Shown piece by piece: positions 25,065 through 34,433 of a DNA stretch of 37,969 nucleotides. The DNA comes from an uncultured Bacteriovoracaceae bacterium (GTDB lineage Bacteria; Desulfobacterota; Desulfomonilia; UBA1062), in the NCBI GenBank assembly GCA_964353605.1, contig CAYGXB010000002.1, positions 1 through 37,969 on the forward strand, read 5' to 3'. Positions within the stretch are counted from its first letter, which is position 1, and each line of letters opens with the position of its first letter. The notes under the pieces are model-generated. The model did no database searches. It saw nothing but the letters and a program-made list of their open reading frames with translations, and was not told where the DNA came from. The position numbers and the translations under genes were made by a program.

Positions 25065-26978
25065 TCAGAACCCACGCCCTCGTAACTTGTCTATCGCTTG
25101 CGACACGGCCCGACCAACATCCGGATTCTGGTCGTCGCTGTAGATCTCCAGTTCCTCGGCCAGGCCTTCGTCCCCCCATTCCCCCAGGGCCTTGACCGCA
25201 GCGATGCGGAGGAAATCATCCTCGCCGGAAAGGATATCGAGCAGCTTCGTCCTGGCGTCATCATCCTGGAACCGGCCGAGGGCCTCTATGGCATGGAAGG
25301 CCATCCACTGGTCATCGCTCCGTATGGCAGCATCCAGGACATGCCGCAAGGCTTTCATCCTCTGCCTTCCCACGATGTCGATGGCCACGAAGCGGACCTC
25401 GTGATGATCATCGGCCAGGAGGGCCTGCAAAATTTCGTTGTCCAAGGCGAGACCTGTATCTTTGGCGATCTGTGCCGCTGAGAGCCGGACCTCGCTCTGA
25501 CTATCCTTTACCATCCTGAGTGCGGACTCGGTAAGGCGCGGGCTGTCCAGTCTGGCAAGGCCTCTCAACCCTGCTATCCGCATCTGGGCGTCATCGCTTC
25601 CGAGAAGGGCAAGGAAGGTCTCCTCCGCCATCATTGAGCCGATGCGGGCGATCGCATCGAGGGCCATCTCCCGCACATCGGCGTAAGGATGGGAGAGAAA
25701 GGGCTTGAGCTCGTCGATGTCCTCCGGGTATCCGAGATTGCCCAGTGCCCGTATGGCATATGCTGCTACATGTCCGTCGTCATCATGTACGAGCTGCCTG
25801 AAGGTGTCCCGTACCGAGGCGGGAGCGATCTGGGCCAAGGCCTGGACAAAGGCTCTCTTCACATATCCTCGCGTGGTAGGTATGCGTTGCGAGATCTTCT
25901 CGGCCTCTGCCTCTCCGCCGATCCGAGAGAGTATCTCCGTTCCGAGGATCTTGAGCTTTTCCTCATCGGCATCGAGGAGTCCGAGCGTAGTGGTGATCTC
26001 ACCGATATCGATCAGGGCATTCCGGATATCCTCCCACTTCTCCCCAGAGGTATCCGGGTCGACGTCTGTGGTGCACGCAATGATCCGTTCGGCACTCCGC
26101 CTGTCGCCGATCCTTGCAAGCGCCGTGAGCATGTGCTTGAGCAGCTCGTCATCAGCTTCCGCAAGGTTTTCCTCGATGATGTATTTGATCGTCTCCCTTT
26201 GACTCTTTTCGAGGGAGGCGATATCTGGTGTGATTTTCAGGAGGGTATTTACCATGGCGGTCTGGATGTAACTCCCGGCGCTGTCGATCATTTCCAACAG
26301 GGGTCTGATCGCCTTTTCGGACGGGATGTTACCGAGGGTCTCAAGGATCGCGGACAGGGTGATCTCGTCATACGACCAGCGTTCGAGTTCGTGCAGGAGG
26401 AAATCCACCACCCCCGCATGGGGTATCTTTGCCAGGGCCTCGATCACGGAGAAGCGGATCCACTCTTCATCGTTGATCATCGCCCGCAGGTGTATAAACG
26501 CCCGCGGATCGCCTATGTTTCCCAGGGAGATCACAGTCTGATTCCGCACATTGGGATTTTCATCGAAGAGGCATTGGATGAGGGTGTTCACGCTCTCGTG
26601 GCTCCCGATGCTCCCGAGGATATCCACGATGAACAATCGCAGGCGGTCATCCGGGCTTTGCGTGAGCCCGTGAAGGATGTCGAGGCCGTCCTCCCCGATT
26701 CTCCTCAGGATCTCGATGGCTGTGTTCCTTATCCCGGCGTCTGCTGAACCGACAAGTGGCGCAATCCTCCTGACTGCATCCCGGTCGCCGATGAAGATGA
26801 GGGAGTCCTGGGCGACCTCCCGCACGCCCTTATGCGGATCGACGACCAACTTCTCGAGCCGGTTTAAGGCTTCTCCTCCACCTACCTCGGCCAGCAGGCC
26901 AGCTGCCTGGCGCCTATCGGCGGGATCATCCGAGCTCACCAGCCTGTCGATAGTAGATAATTCCATATAACCCGACAT
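25065..26978 (-). CDS. HEAT-repeat (PBS-lyase-like) protein
   Basis: 637 aa built almost entirely of ~30-aa repeats of the form D..VR..A..ALG.IGD..A...L. No TM segment or enzymatic motif is recognised. Confidence 0.8.
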   Translation of the reverse strand: MSGYMELSTIDRLVSSDDPADRRQAAGLLAEVGGGEALNRLEKLVVDPHKGVREVAQDSLIFIGDRDAVRRIAPLVGSADAGIRNTAIEILRRIGEDGLDILHGLTQSPDDRLRLFIVDILGSIGSHESVNTLIQCLFDENPNVRNQTVISLGNIGDPRAFIHLRAMINDEEWIRFSVIEALAKIPHAGVVDFLLHELERWSYDEITLSAILETLGNIPSEKAIRPLLEMIDSAGSYIQTAMVNTLLKITPDIASLEKSQRETIKYIIEENLAEADDELLKHMLTALARIGDRRSAERIIACTTDVDPDTSGEKWEDIRNALIDIGEITTTLGLLDADEEKLKILGTEILSRIGGEAEAEKISQRIPTTRGYVKRAFVQALAQIAPASVRDTFRQLVHDDDGHVAAYAIRALGNLGYPEDIDELKPFLSHPYADVREMALDAIARIGSMMAEETFLALLGSDDAQMRIAGLRGLARLDSPRLTESALRMVKDSQSEVRLSAAQIAKDTGLALDNEILQALLADDHHEVRFVAIDIVGRQRMKALRHVLDAAIRSDDQWMAFHAIEALGRFQDDDARTKLLDILSGEDDFLRIAAVKALGEWGDEGLAEELEIYSDDQNPDVGRAVSQAIDKLRGRGF

Positions 26979-27015
26979 CTTCCCTTATCCAGTATAGGGA
27001 TATGGAGGATCATGC

Positions 27016-27681
27016 CTACTTCAAATCATACCGCGTAAAGGCCACGTCGGTCACATCGAACGGTCGGAGAGCCTCGCGTATCATTTCAGTGATTTCGTAC
27101 TCGGTATAGATCTGCACATTCTTGGTGAGGTAATCGGCGATGATTGTGCGTATTTCAAACAGCTTATCCTGCACATTGGCGGAGGTCTTGGGATTCACCT
27201 GCAGGGTGACCTGGGCGATGAGCAGGCCCGCCTTGTCCTTTTTCTGCGGGGTGCAGAGGATCATGAATGGGTCGAGAACGATCTCTCCCTGATTCAGTAC
27301 CGAGGACGGCTTCACGGTCTGTACCTGGGCAACAGGCTTGGTTTCCTCGACCTTATGCGATGCCCTGTACCAGAGACCCCCCCCTATGCCGGCCATGAGC
27401 AGGACGACCACCGAGGCTGCGGCAATGATGAGGACGGTGCGCCTGGGAAGTCTCTCTCGGCCTTGGGGTGTATCTCCAACCTCTCCCTCCCCTTCCTCTT
27501 TGCCTTCCTGCTTGGCGTGAGAGAGGGATATACCTTCTTGGTCGAGCGCGACCTTATCCCGGTCAGGCAGGGCTAAGCCATCTTGGTCGAGATCGGCCTT
27601 GTCCAGCTTTCCCTTTTTGTCCTGTGCGGATAGGCGTATGCCTTCTTTATCGAGCTCTGCCTTTTTTTCGGGCTTGGCCAT
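27016..27681 (-). CDS. fliL: flagellar basal-body-associated FliL family protein with an extended repeat-containing N-terminal tail
   Basis: 221 aa. It has a single TM helix (VLIIAAASVVVLLMAGIGGGLW). The C-terminal FliL-like pattern is LDPFMIL...LIAQVTLQV...LFEIRTIIADYL...VTDVAFTRYDL. The SD GAGGGAG lies upstream. Confidence 0.7.
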   Translation of the reverse strand: MAKPEKKAELDKEGIRLSAQDKKGKLDKADLDQDGLALPDRDKVALDQEGISLSHAKQEGKEEGEGEVGDTPQGRERLPRRTVLIIAAASVVVLLMAGIGGGLWYRASHKVEETKPVAQVQTVKPSSVLNQGEIVLDPFMILCTPQKKDKAGLLIAQVTLQVNPKTSANVQDKLFEIRTIIADYLTKNVQIYTEYEITEMIREALRPFDVTDVAFTRYDLK

Positions 27682-27689
27682 AACTCCCT

Positions 27690-28073
27690 CTACTTGTTGA
27701 ATATCTGCTCGATCTTCTTCCCCAGGGTTTCAGCGGTAAACGGTTTGACGATGTAATTGTTCACGCCGGATTTGACTGCCTCGATGATATTCTCCTGCTG
27801 GGACTCGGCGGTAACCATCAGGAAGGGTATGTCCTGGAGCGCATTGTCCGCCCTGACCGCCTTTAGAAGTTCGAGCCCGGTCATCTTGGGCATGTTCCAG
27901 TCCGAGATAATGAGGCCAATCTTCTCATTCTGGAGGGTATCGAGACCGGTCGACCCGTCATCCGCCTCGAGGATATTGTTGAAACCGAGCTGCCGCAAAA
28001 TATTTTTGACTATCCTGCGCATCGTCGAGAAGTCATCTACGACGAGTATCTTCATGTTCTTGTCGATAGCCAT
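27690..28073 (-). CDS. cheY: chemotaxis response regulator CheY
   Basis: 127 aa. Motifs are [34 protein letters not shown] and YIVKPFT. Confidence 0.9.
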   Translation of the reverse strand: MAIDKNMKILVVDDFSTMRRIVKNILRQLGFNNILEADDGSTGLDTLQNEKIGLIISDWNMPKMTGLELLKAVRADNALQDIPFLMVTAESQQENIIEAVKSGVNNYIVKPFTAETLGKKIEQIFNK

Positions 28074-28124
28074 CGCATCCTCCCAGGGTCTTTTTTATCT
28101 CTTCGAAACTTGGTCAAGAAATCT

Positions 28125-28895
28125 TTAGCCCCTGATCTCTCTGAGGATCTTATGCATCTTTGAGCGGAGGCGGAGGATGGATTTGGTATGTATCTGGGAG
28201 ACCCGTGACTCGGTGAACTTGAGTACATGGCCGACCTCTTTCATGGTAAGCTCGTCGTAGTAGTACAGGGATATCACCATGCGCTCCTTTTCCGGCAGCG
28301 ACTGGATCGCCCTGGCCACCATGTCCCTGACCTCGCTGCGCCCCATCTTGTGGGTAGGCCAGTCCTTTTCGTCCTGCATGATATATTCAAGCAGGTTCCG
28401 CTTGGAGGCGTCCTGGTTGTCCTCGCCGAGGTCATCGAGGCTCAAGAGCGATACGGAGGCCGTCTCGGACAGGAGTCGGTAGAAGCTGTCCATGTCGATT
28501 TCGAGCTCGAGCGTGACCTCTTCATCGGTGGCCGGTCTGCCGAGGATGGCCTCGAGTTTGATGTATGCATCCTCGATCTTACGTGCCTTCTGGCGGATCG
28601 AGCGCGGAACCCAATCCATGGAACGGAGCTCGTCGAGCATGGCGCCCCTGATTCTGAACTCGGCATAGGTCTTGAACTTAATGTTCTTCGAGGCATCAAA
28701 CTTCTCCATGGCATCGATGAGACCGATGACACCGGCATTGATGAGATCGTGGATGTCGATGTGGGGCGGCAGCCGCATGGCGATCCGGCTGGCGATATAC
28801 TTGATCAACGGGGCAAACTCGTTGATGACCTTTGCCCTGATCTTGGGGTTGGTTTTTTCTTCTTCAGTAAGGTCTGGAAACGCTATGTCCTGCAT
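28125..28895 (-). CDS. fliA: flagellar sigma factor FliA (sigma-28, FliA/WhiG family)
   Basis: ORF 28125..28961. The start at 28895 (MQDIAF..) gives 256 aa. Sigma-70 regions 2, 3 and 4 are recognisable (DLINAGVIGLIDAMEKFD, YAEFRIRGAMLDELR, LTMKEVGHVLKFTESRVSQIH). It follows flhF-flhG. Confidence 0.9.
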   Translation of the reverse strand: MQDIAFPDLTEEEKTNPKIRAKVINEFAPLIKYIASRIAMRLPPHIDIHDLINAGVIGLIDAMEKFDASKNIKFKTYAEFRIRGAMLDELRSMDWVPRSIRQKARKIEDAYIKLEAILGRPATDEEVTLELEIDMDSFYRLLSETASVSLLSLDDLGEDNQDASKRNLLEYIMQDEKDWPTHKMGRSEVRDMVARAIQSLPEKERMVISLYYYDELTMKEVGHVLKFTESRVSQIHTKSILRLRSKMHKILREIRG

Positions 28896-29760
28896 GGTTC
28901 GTCCCCTTAGCCTGATGGAGGAGCAGCCGTTTGAAGAAGAATTGGATATTCCCGCTTCCATGCGCGAGAACTGTTTGTTCCAGCCGTTTCACGACCCCCA
29001 TGAGTCTCTGTGCCGCCTCTCCCGCAGGATTGACCCCTACAAACGCCTTCTGCACCCGGATACACTCCGGTATGGTAGCATCATGCGGCAGAGACCCCAG
29101 CATGTCAAGAGCTACATCTCCAAAGAATCGATCACATACCAACATCAATTTCTTCGCCACCGCGTTTCCTTCCGCCATAGATAGCACATTATTGATGATC
29201 AGGTCGAATCTTTTTATGCCATACTTAGTCCTCAAGACCTTGATGAGCGCATAGGCATCGGTGATGGACGTGGGCTCCGGCGTCACCACGACGATGATTC
29301 GTTGCGAGGCCGTATTGAAATACATCACGTTCTGTGAAATCCCCGCTCCGGTATCGACGAGCATGTAGTCCAGATCTTCGTCAAAGTAATCCAGGGCGTT
29401 CACGATGGAGAGTTGCTGCTCATGGGAAAGGTCGACGAGTTCCTGGACACCGGAGGAGGCAGGGATGATCTTGATCCCGTTGGGACCTTCGAGGAGAATT
29501 TCCGCGAGTTTGCACTGGCCTTCGAGGAAATGCTTGATGTTGTACCGCGCGGTAAGCCCAAGCATCACATCGATGTTGGCCAAGCCCAGATCGGCATCGA
29601 AGACAAGGACCTTCCTTCCCAGGGATGCCATGATGATGGCCATATTGACAACGATACTCGTCTTTCCCACCCCCCCCTTGCCCGAAGTAACGGATATGAC
29701 CTGGGGTGCGTTGTCGGGGCCTCTGATCATCCTGCGTAAGGTATGCGCCTGATCGTTCAT
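28864..29760 (-). CDS. flhG: MinD/ParA-family flagellar number regulator FlhG (FleN/YlxH)
   Basis: ORF 28864..29778. The ATG at 29760 forms an ATGA overlap with the flhF stop. The deviant Walker A is SGKGGVGKT. Confidence 0.85.
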   Translation of the reverse strand: MNDQAHTLRRMIRGPDNAPQVISVTSGKGGVGKTSIVVNMAIIMASLGRKVLVFDADLGLANIDVMLGLTARYNIKHFLEGQCKLAEILLEGPNGIKIIPASSGVQELVDLSHEQQLSIVNALDYFDEDLDYMLVDTGAGISQNVMYFNTASQRIIVVVTPEPTSITDAYALIKVLRTKYGIKRFDLIINNVLSMAEGNAVAKKLMLVCDRFFGDVALDMLGSLPHDATIPECIRVQKAFVGVNPAGEAAQRLMGVVKRLEQTVLAHGSGNIQFFFKRLLLHQAKGTNHAGHSVSRPY

Positions 29761-30812
29761 GCCATATCTCCGAGACACATAGTGATGATCTTTTCTGGGG
29801 TCGCCACCTCGATATCTTCGGGCACCCGCTGGCCGTTCGTGATGTAGGCGATGGGCGTCCGGAAGAGGAGATTATGCGTCAGGACCGTCCCCGCAATCAC
29901 AGCCTCATCTGCCTTGGTGAATATCATACGGTCGATGGAAAGCGGCGCGAAGGTCCGCGTCGTACTCTCCATCTCCCGATCACGCGTCGCCACCGGGATG
30001 AGGAGGAACTTGCACATGCTTTTGCCGTCACAATACTCCCTGAGCTGCGCAATGTGCTCATCACTGGAGAGCGACCTGCCGATCGTATCCACGAGGACCA
30101 GATCCATAGCACGGAATCTTCCCTCTGCCTGCCTGAATTCATCTGGGGTCGTTACGGAAACGAAGGGGATGCCGAGGATCTTAGCATAGATGCGTCCCTG
30201 CTCGATCGCCCCGATCCGATATGTGTCCAGGGTGATGAGGGCGACTTTTTTCCCTTCCTGAAAGACTGCCCTGGCCGCTATCTTGGCGATCGTGGTGGTC
30301 TTGCCCACCCCGGTTGTGCCCAGGAAAATCCAGAACTTGTCCGAGATTATCTGCGATGTCCGAATGACCTTAGCTAGGAGCCCCATGACAGAACTCATCG
30401 AAGCCTTATCCCCGAGTTTCGAGAACATGAGGTCTACGAGCGAAGGCTTCAGGCCGCGGTCAATGAATGCGTCCCGCAAGGGGTTTTCCCGGTTGTGCTC
30501 GACCCCGGTGTGGGTAAGCAGCGTCTTCATCATCCCCTTGAGTTCGGTGATCTCGGCGCTCAAGTGCGTGACATCGTCGTGCACTTTGATCTGCGGGGGA
30601 AGCGTGATCACCTTCGGGGTCTGCGGGGTACCCCCACGCATGGCGTCATAGTCCACCGCGGCCGTGACCTCCACCACGGGCTTGGTCATGAGCCCGTAGG
30701 TATCGTCCTTGAACTGCCGGGTGGAGACGATCACGGCGTTCGGACCCATCTCGGTCTTGATCTGAGCCAGCACCTCCTTCATCGAGGCGGCCTTGTAAGT
30801 CTTAATCTGCAT
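29757..30812 (-). CDS. flhF: flagellar biosynthesis SRP-type GTPase FlhF
   Basis: 351 aa. The N-terminus is MQIKTYKAASMKEVLAQIKTEMGPNAVIVS. G1 is GTTGVGKTTT and G3 is VDTIGRS. Confidence 0.9.
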   Translation of the reverse strand: MQIKTYKAASMKEVLAQIKTEMGPNAVIVSTRQFKDDTYGLMTKPVVEVTAAVDYDAMRGGTPQTPKVITLPPQIKVHDDVTHLSAEITELKGMMKTLLTHTGVEHNRENPLRDAFIDRGLKPSLVDLMFSKLGDKASMSSVMGLLAKVIRTSQIISDKFWIFLGTTGVGKTTTIAKIAARAVFQEGKKVALITLDTYRIGAIEQGRIYAKILGIPFVSVTTPDEFRQAEGRFRAMDLVLVDTIGRSLSSDEHIAQLREYCDGKSMCKFLLIPVATRDREMESTTRTFAPLSIDRMIFTKADEAVIAGTVLTHNLLFRTPIAYITNGQRVPEDIEVATPEKIITMCLGDMA

Positions 30813-32871
30813 CTATCCGTACCATCCCCTGGTTTTTTAGCGTGACATCAGGAGGGATCTCGTTGTGCGAGAGGACCACGAGCTCCGGCATGTACCGTTC
30901 AGTCAGGCGCTTGATATACGCCCGTGTCATCGGCGAGCTTAGCAAGACCGGAACGATGCCTTGTTTGCTCACCTTATTCACCTCCTTGGTCAGAGCCAGC
31001 AGGATTTTCTGCGTCCTGTCGGGGTCTAATGCAAGATACGAACCATGTTCGGAGCGGTGGATGGAGTTGGCGACCAGGGCGTCGATGGCAGGATCCAACG
31101 CCAAGACATTCATGGCATTGTTCTGCACGTAGGGCCGGGCGATGATGCGCATGAGGGCTTGTCTGACATACTCCGTCAAAAAATCCGGATCCTTCGTGAT
31201 GGCCCCGTAATCGGCGAGGGTCTCCAGGATGGTGAGCATATTCTTGATGGAAACCCGCTCCTTGAGGAGATTCTTGAGCACCCGCAGGATGACACCCGGA
31301 GGCAGTGTCCCCGGGACGAGCTCATCCACGACCTTGGGGTGCGACTTCGTCACAGTATCCAGGATGGACTGGAGCTCCTGGCGACCCAGGAGCTCATGAG
31401 CGTTGGCCTTGATGGCCTCCGTCAGATGGGTCGCAATGACCGTAGAGGGATCCACGACAGTGAGCCCCGCCAGCTGCGCCCGCTCGTTGTCCGCCTTCTT
31501 GATCCAGAGGGCAGGTAAGCCAAAGGCCGGCTCCTTTACGGGTATGCCGGGGATGTCGGTGGCGATCTCCTCGGGATTGAGGACCAGCAGCCTGTCTACC
31601 ATGGCATCTCCGCGGGAGATCTCCGCGCCTTTCAGGAGGAGCCGGTATTCGTTCGGCTTCAGCTCGAGGTTGTCGCGTACATGGATGGGCGGTACGATGA
31701 TGCCGAATTCGCCCGCGACCTGCCTCCGCATCCCCTTGATGCGGGAGAGGAGCTCGCCCCCCTGTGCGGTATCGACCATGGGAATGAGGCCGTAACCAAC
31801 CTCGAATTCGAGAACATCCATGGGGAGCAGGACCTCGGGAGTAACCTCCTCCTCAGGGGGAGGGAGCTCTTCCAGCTTTTCATTGACCTTTGCCCGCATG
31901 CTGACCCAGCCCAGGGCGGCAATCCCCGATGAAGTGAGCATGAAGGCGATGTGCGGCATGCCGGGCATGAGCCCGAAGAAGAAGACGATCGCCGCCGAAC
32001 TCATGATCGCCATGGGCTGGAAGGAGAGCTGTTGCTGGAGGAGTTTCCCGAGCGACTTATCTGTGGCCGACTGCGTGATCACGATACCCGCCGCGGTGGA
32101 TATGATGAGCGCTGGGACCTGGGCGATCAGACCGTCACCGATGGTCAGGAGGGTGTAGGTCCTGAGCGCCTCGGCAAAGGGCATCCCCATTTGCAGAACG
32201 CCGATGATGATGCCGCCGATGATGTTGATGAGGACGATCAGGATGCCCGCTATGGCATCGCCCCGTACGAACTTGGTGGCACCGTCCATTGCGCCGTAGA
32301 ACTCCGCCTCGCGGGCGATCTGCCCCCTGCGCTGGCGCGCCTCGTCCTCAGTGATCATCCCAGCATTGAGGTCGGCGTCGATGGCCATCTGCTTACCCGG
32401 CATGGCATCCAGGGTAAATCGCGCCGTGACCTCGCCGATGCGCGTGGCGCCCTTGGTGATGACGACAAAATTGATGATGACGAAGATGACGAAGACCACC
32501 ATGCCCACCACATAGCTGCCGCCGACGACAAATTGGCCGAAAGCCCTGATCACCCGCCCGGCGGCGAGATCGCCCTCGGATCCATGCAAGAGGATCAAGC
32601 GCGTGGAGGCGATGTTGAGGGCCAGCCGATACAAGGTGACGACGAGGAGCAAGGAGGGAAATACCGAGAAATTTAAGGGGTTGGTGGTATACATGCCGAC
32701 CATGAGGATGGTGATGCCGATGGTGAGGCTGAAGGTCAGGAGGATATCCAGGGCAAAGGTGGGCAGGGGAATGAGGACGATAACCAACACCACAAGCACG
32801 CCGAAGCTCATGAACATGTCGCTGGCAATGTTCTCTGGCCATCTAAACGGTAAAGCAGCTGCTCTCGCCAT
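30802..32871 (-). CDS. flhA: flagellar type III export protein FlhA
   Basis: 689 aa. It has an N-terminal polytopic membrane domain and a C-terminal cytoplasmic domain. Characteristic blocks include FPSLLLVVTLYRLALNIASTRLIL and GDGLIAQVPALIISTAAGI. Confidence 0.95.
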   Translation of the reverse strand: MARAAALPFRWPENIASDMFMSFGVLVVLVIVLIPLPTFALDILLTFSLTIGITILMVGMYTTNPLNFSVFPSLLLVVTLYRLALNIASTRLILLHGSEGDLAAGRVIRAFGQFVVGGSYVVGMVVFVIFVIINFVVITKGATRIGEVTARFTLDAMPGKQMAIDADLNAGMITEDEARQRRGQIAREAEFYGAMDGATKFVRGDAIAGILIVLINIIGGIIIGVLQMGMPFAEALRTYTLLTIGDGLIAQVPALIISTAAGIVITQSATDKSLGKLLQQQLSFQPMAIMSSAAIVFFFGLMPGMPHIAFMLTSSGIAALGWVSMRAKVNEKLEELPPPEEEVTPEVLLPMDVLEFEVGYGLIPMVDTAQGGELLSRIKGMRRQVAGEFGIIVPPIHVRDNLELKPNEYRLLLKGAEISRGDAMVDRLLVLNPEEIATDIPGIPVKEPAFGLPALWIKKADNERAQLAGLTVVDPSTVIATHLTEAIKANAHELLGRQELQSILDTVTKSHPKVVDELVPGTLPPGVILRVLKNLLKERVSIKNMLTILETLADYGAITKDPDFLTEYVRQALMRIIARPYVQNNAMNVLALDPAIDALVANSIHRSEHGSYLALDPDRTQKILLALTKEVNKVSKQGIVPVLLSSPMTRAYIKRLTERYMPELVVLSHNEIPPDVTLKNQGMVRIDAD

Positions 32872-32901
32872 ATGTCAAACTCCCGTCGTTCTCAGCGCTC
32901 C

Positions 32902-33993
32902 CTAGAGATTGATCCCGGGCCTTAGCCGGTACACGTAGGCCAGGATCTCGGCCGTGGCCCGGTAGAGATCTTCCGGTATGTATTCGCCGATCTCGACCGA
33001 TTTATACAAGGCCTGCGCCAGGGGCTTGTTCTCCACAATGGGCACGGATGCATGACGCGCGGTCTCCTTGATCTTCTCGGCAATCAAACCGGCGCCTTTC
33101 GCTACAACCATGGGTGCAATCATCCTCCCGCGTTCATATTGCAAAGCTATTGCCAAGTGCGTCGGGTTGGTGATGACCACAGACGCCTTCGGCACCGCCT
33201 TGAGCATTCTCCTCCGTGCCATCTGGAACTGTATCGATCGGATCCGGCTCTTGATCTGCGGATCGCCTTCGGTCTGCCGCATCTCCTCCTTGACCTCCTG
33301 TTTGGTCATCATGAGGTCCTGTATATGCTGCCAGCGCTGAAAAGTAAAATCCACGACGGCAATGATGATGAAGACCCACAGGGCGTCCCAGAGGAGGTGC
33401 ATCGTCGCCCGGAAAAATGTCAAAGCTATGACGCTTACATCAGAATTGATGAGCGGGGGGAAGACGGGGAGTTCGCGTTTGATTGCCCGGTAGGCGACCC
33501 AGGCTATGACCGTGAGGATGAGGAGGGATTTGATGAGTTGCTCCAGGCTCCTTACGGAAAAGAACTTGTTCTTTATCCCGGTCAGTGGGTTGAGCTTGGA
33601 GAGCTTCGGGACGAGGGGCTCGACGCTTATGGTGAACCCGACCTGCACGATATTCGACACCAACCCGATGACGAGAAAGATCAAGAAAATGGGGAGAAGC
33701 ATCATGGCTGTCTGCACCACCATGAAATGGAAGATGCCGATCAGGGACTCCGTGCTCCCGTTCCATGCCATGAGATTGCCAAGATAATACTTGGTGACAG
33801 ATGCAAGTTTTGACGCTACCGATGGGATATAGAAGTAGAAAGCGAGGACCGTGGTTAGAAAGAGGATGGCCGTGATCAGCTCCAGACTCTTGGCGACCTG
33901 CCCCTTCTCGCGGGCATCCCGTAGACGCTTACGGGTAGGCTGTTCAGTTCGTTCCTGTCCCTCTTCGCTCTCGCGCGCCATGGCAAGCTTCAT
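32902..33993 (-). CDS. flhB: flagellar type III export protein FlhB
   Basis: 363 aa. The N-terminus carries EQPTRKRLRDAREKGQVAKS. The autocleavage site is NPTH (VVITNPTHLAIAL). The start is 33993 or 33981; neither has a clear SD. Confidence 0.9.
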   Translation of the reverse strand: MKLAMARESEEGQERTEQPTRKRLRDAREKGQVAKSLELITAILFLTTVLAFYFYIPSVASKLASVTKYYLGNLMAWNGSTESLIGIFHFMVVQTAMMLLPIFLIFLVIGLVSNIVQVGFTISVEPLVPKLSKLNPLTGIKNKFFSVRSLEQLIKSLLILTVIAWVAYRAIKRELPVFPPLINSDVSVIALTFFRATMHLLWDALWVFIIIAVVDFTFQRWQHIQDLMMTKQEVKEEMRQTEGDPQIKSRIRSIQFQMARRRMLKAVPKASVVITNPTHLAIALQYERGRMIAPMVVAKGAGLIAEKIKETARHASVPIVENKPLAQALYKSVEIGEYIPEDLYRATAEILAYVYRLRPGINL

Positions 33994-34403
33994 GCGAAAA
34001 CCGTACCATGCAGGGAAGGGCTCTCGTTCGTTGGCTCCTCACTCTGGATATGTCCGGGAGAATTCGTGCTCCTTTTGCATGCATTCTGGGGAGCTATGAA
34101 CCTCCTGAACCTTGTCCCAGAACTCTTGTACAAACTCCGGATACTTTTTCCCACGTGCCGGGGAGAGCATGGCAAAATACAGTTTTTAACGGAGAAGTGC
34201 ATGTCTCGCCATATATTTCACAATCTTGGCTTTCAGGTATGGCTTGTCTCCCGGATGGAATCAACCCGTTATGATGAAGAGAAATCCTAGCTGATGATAT
34301 AAGCGGATAGTGCATCTACGGGAGCCTTCGGCCGGATTCTCCCCCCCCGACAACGGGAGCGTTCCATCTCTTCCTGGCAAATCTTGGGCATTACGAAATC
34401 CTA

Positions 34404-34433
34404 TTGATTTTTTTTACAATATAACATCATTAT
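34404..34433 (+). promoter_or_regulatory. candidate sigma-70 promoter of the XRE-ftsEX-envC-ctpA gene string
   Basis: TTGATT (34404-34409), an 18-nt spacer, then CATTAT (34428-34433), in an AT-rich stretch 28 nt upstream of the start codon. Confidence 0.35.

Noticed and set aside
22837-26747. Three long + strand ORFs (22837-23820, 24110-25195 and 25689-26747) that could be read as a hidden plus-strand operon opposite the CheY-like/CheR/HDOD/HEAT genes.
   Set aside because: Each is antisense to a gene with strong domain signatures. The translations are dominated by D, E, G, H, L, R and V with no recognisable domains, no SDs and no coupling between them. They reflect GC3 bias rather than overlapping genes.
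27520-27660. Repeated sequence in the fliL-like 5' region as a DNA tandem repeat or CRISPR-like array.
   Set aside because: The units are similar at the amino-acid level, irregularly spaced, and lie within a well-supported reading frame. There are no identical DNA repeats with unique spacers.
33990-34202. A 70-aa minus-strand ORF whose TGA overlaps the flhB ATG (ATGA). I considered it as a fliR remnant or a coupled small gene.
   Set aside because: The peptide is S/R/K/P-rich and not hydrophobic, so it is unlike FliR. Its third-position GC is unremarkable. No SD precedes its ATG. The ATGA overlap is probably coincidental.
34066-34290. A 74-aa + strand ORF (64 aa from the ATG at 34096) upstream of the XRE regulator. 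I considered it as the toxin of a HigB/HigA-like toxin-antitoxin pair.
   Set aside because: A 170-nt gap separates it from the XRE gene. The candidate promoter lies between them. There is no RelE/HigB-like motif and only weak codon bias. The XRE protein is instead tightly followed by ftsEX.
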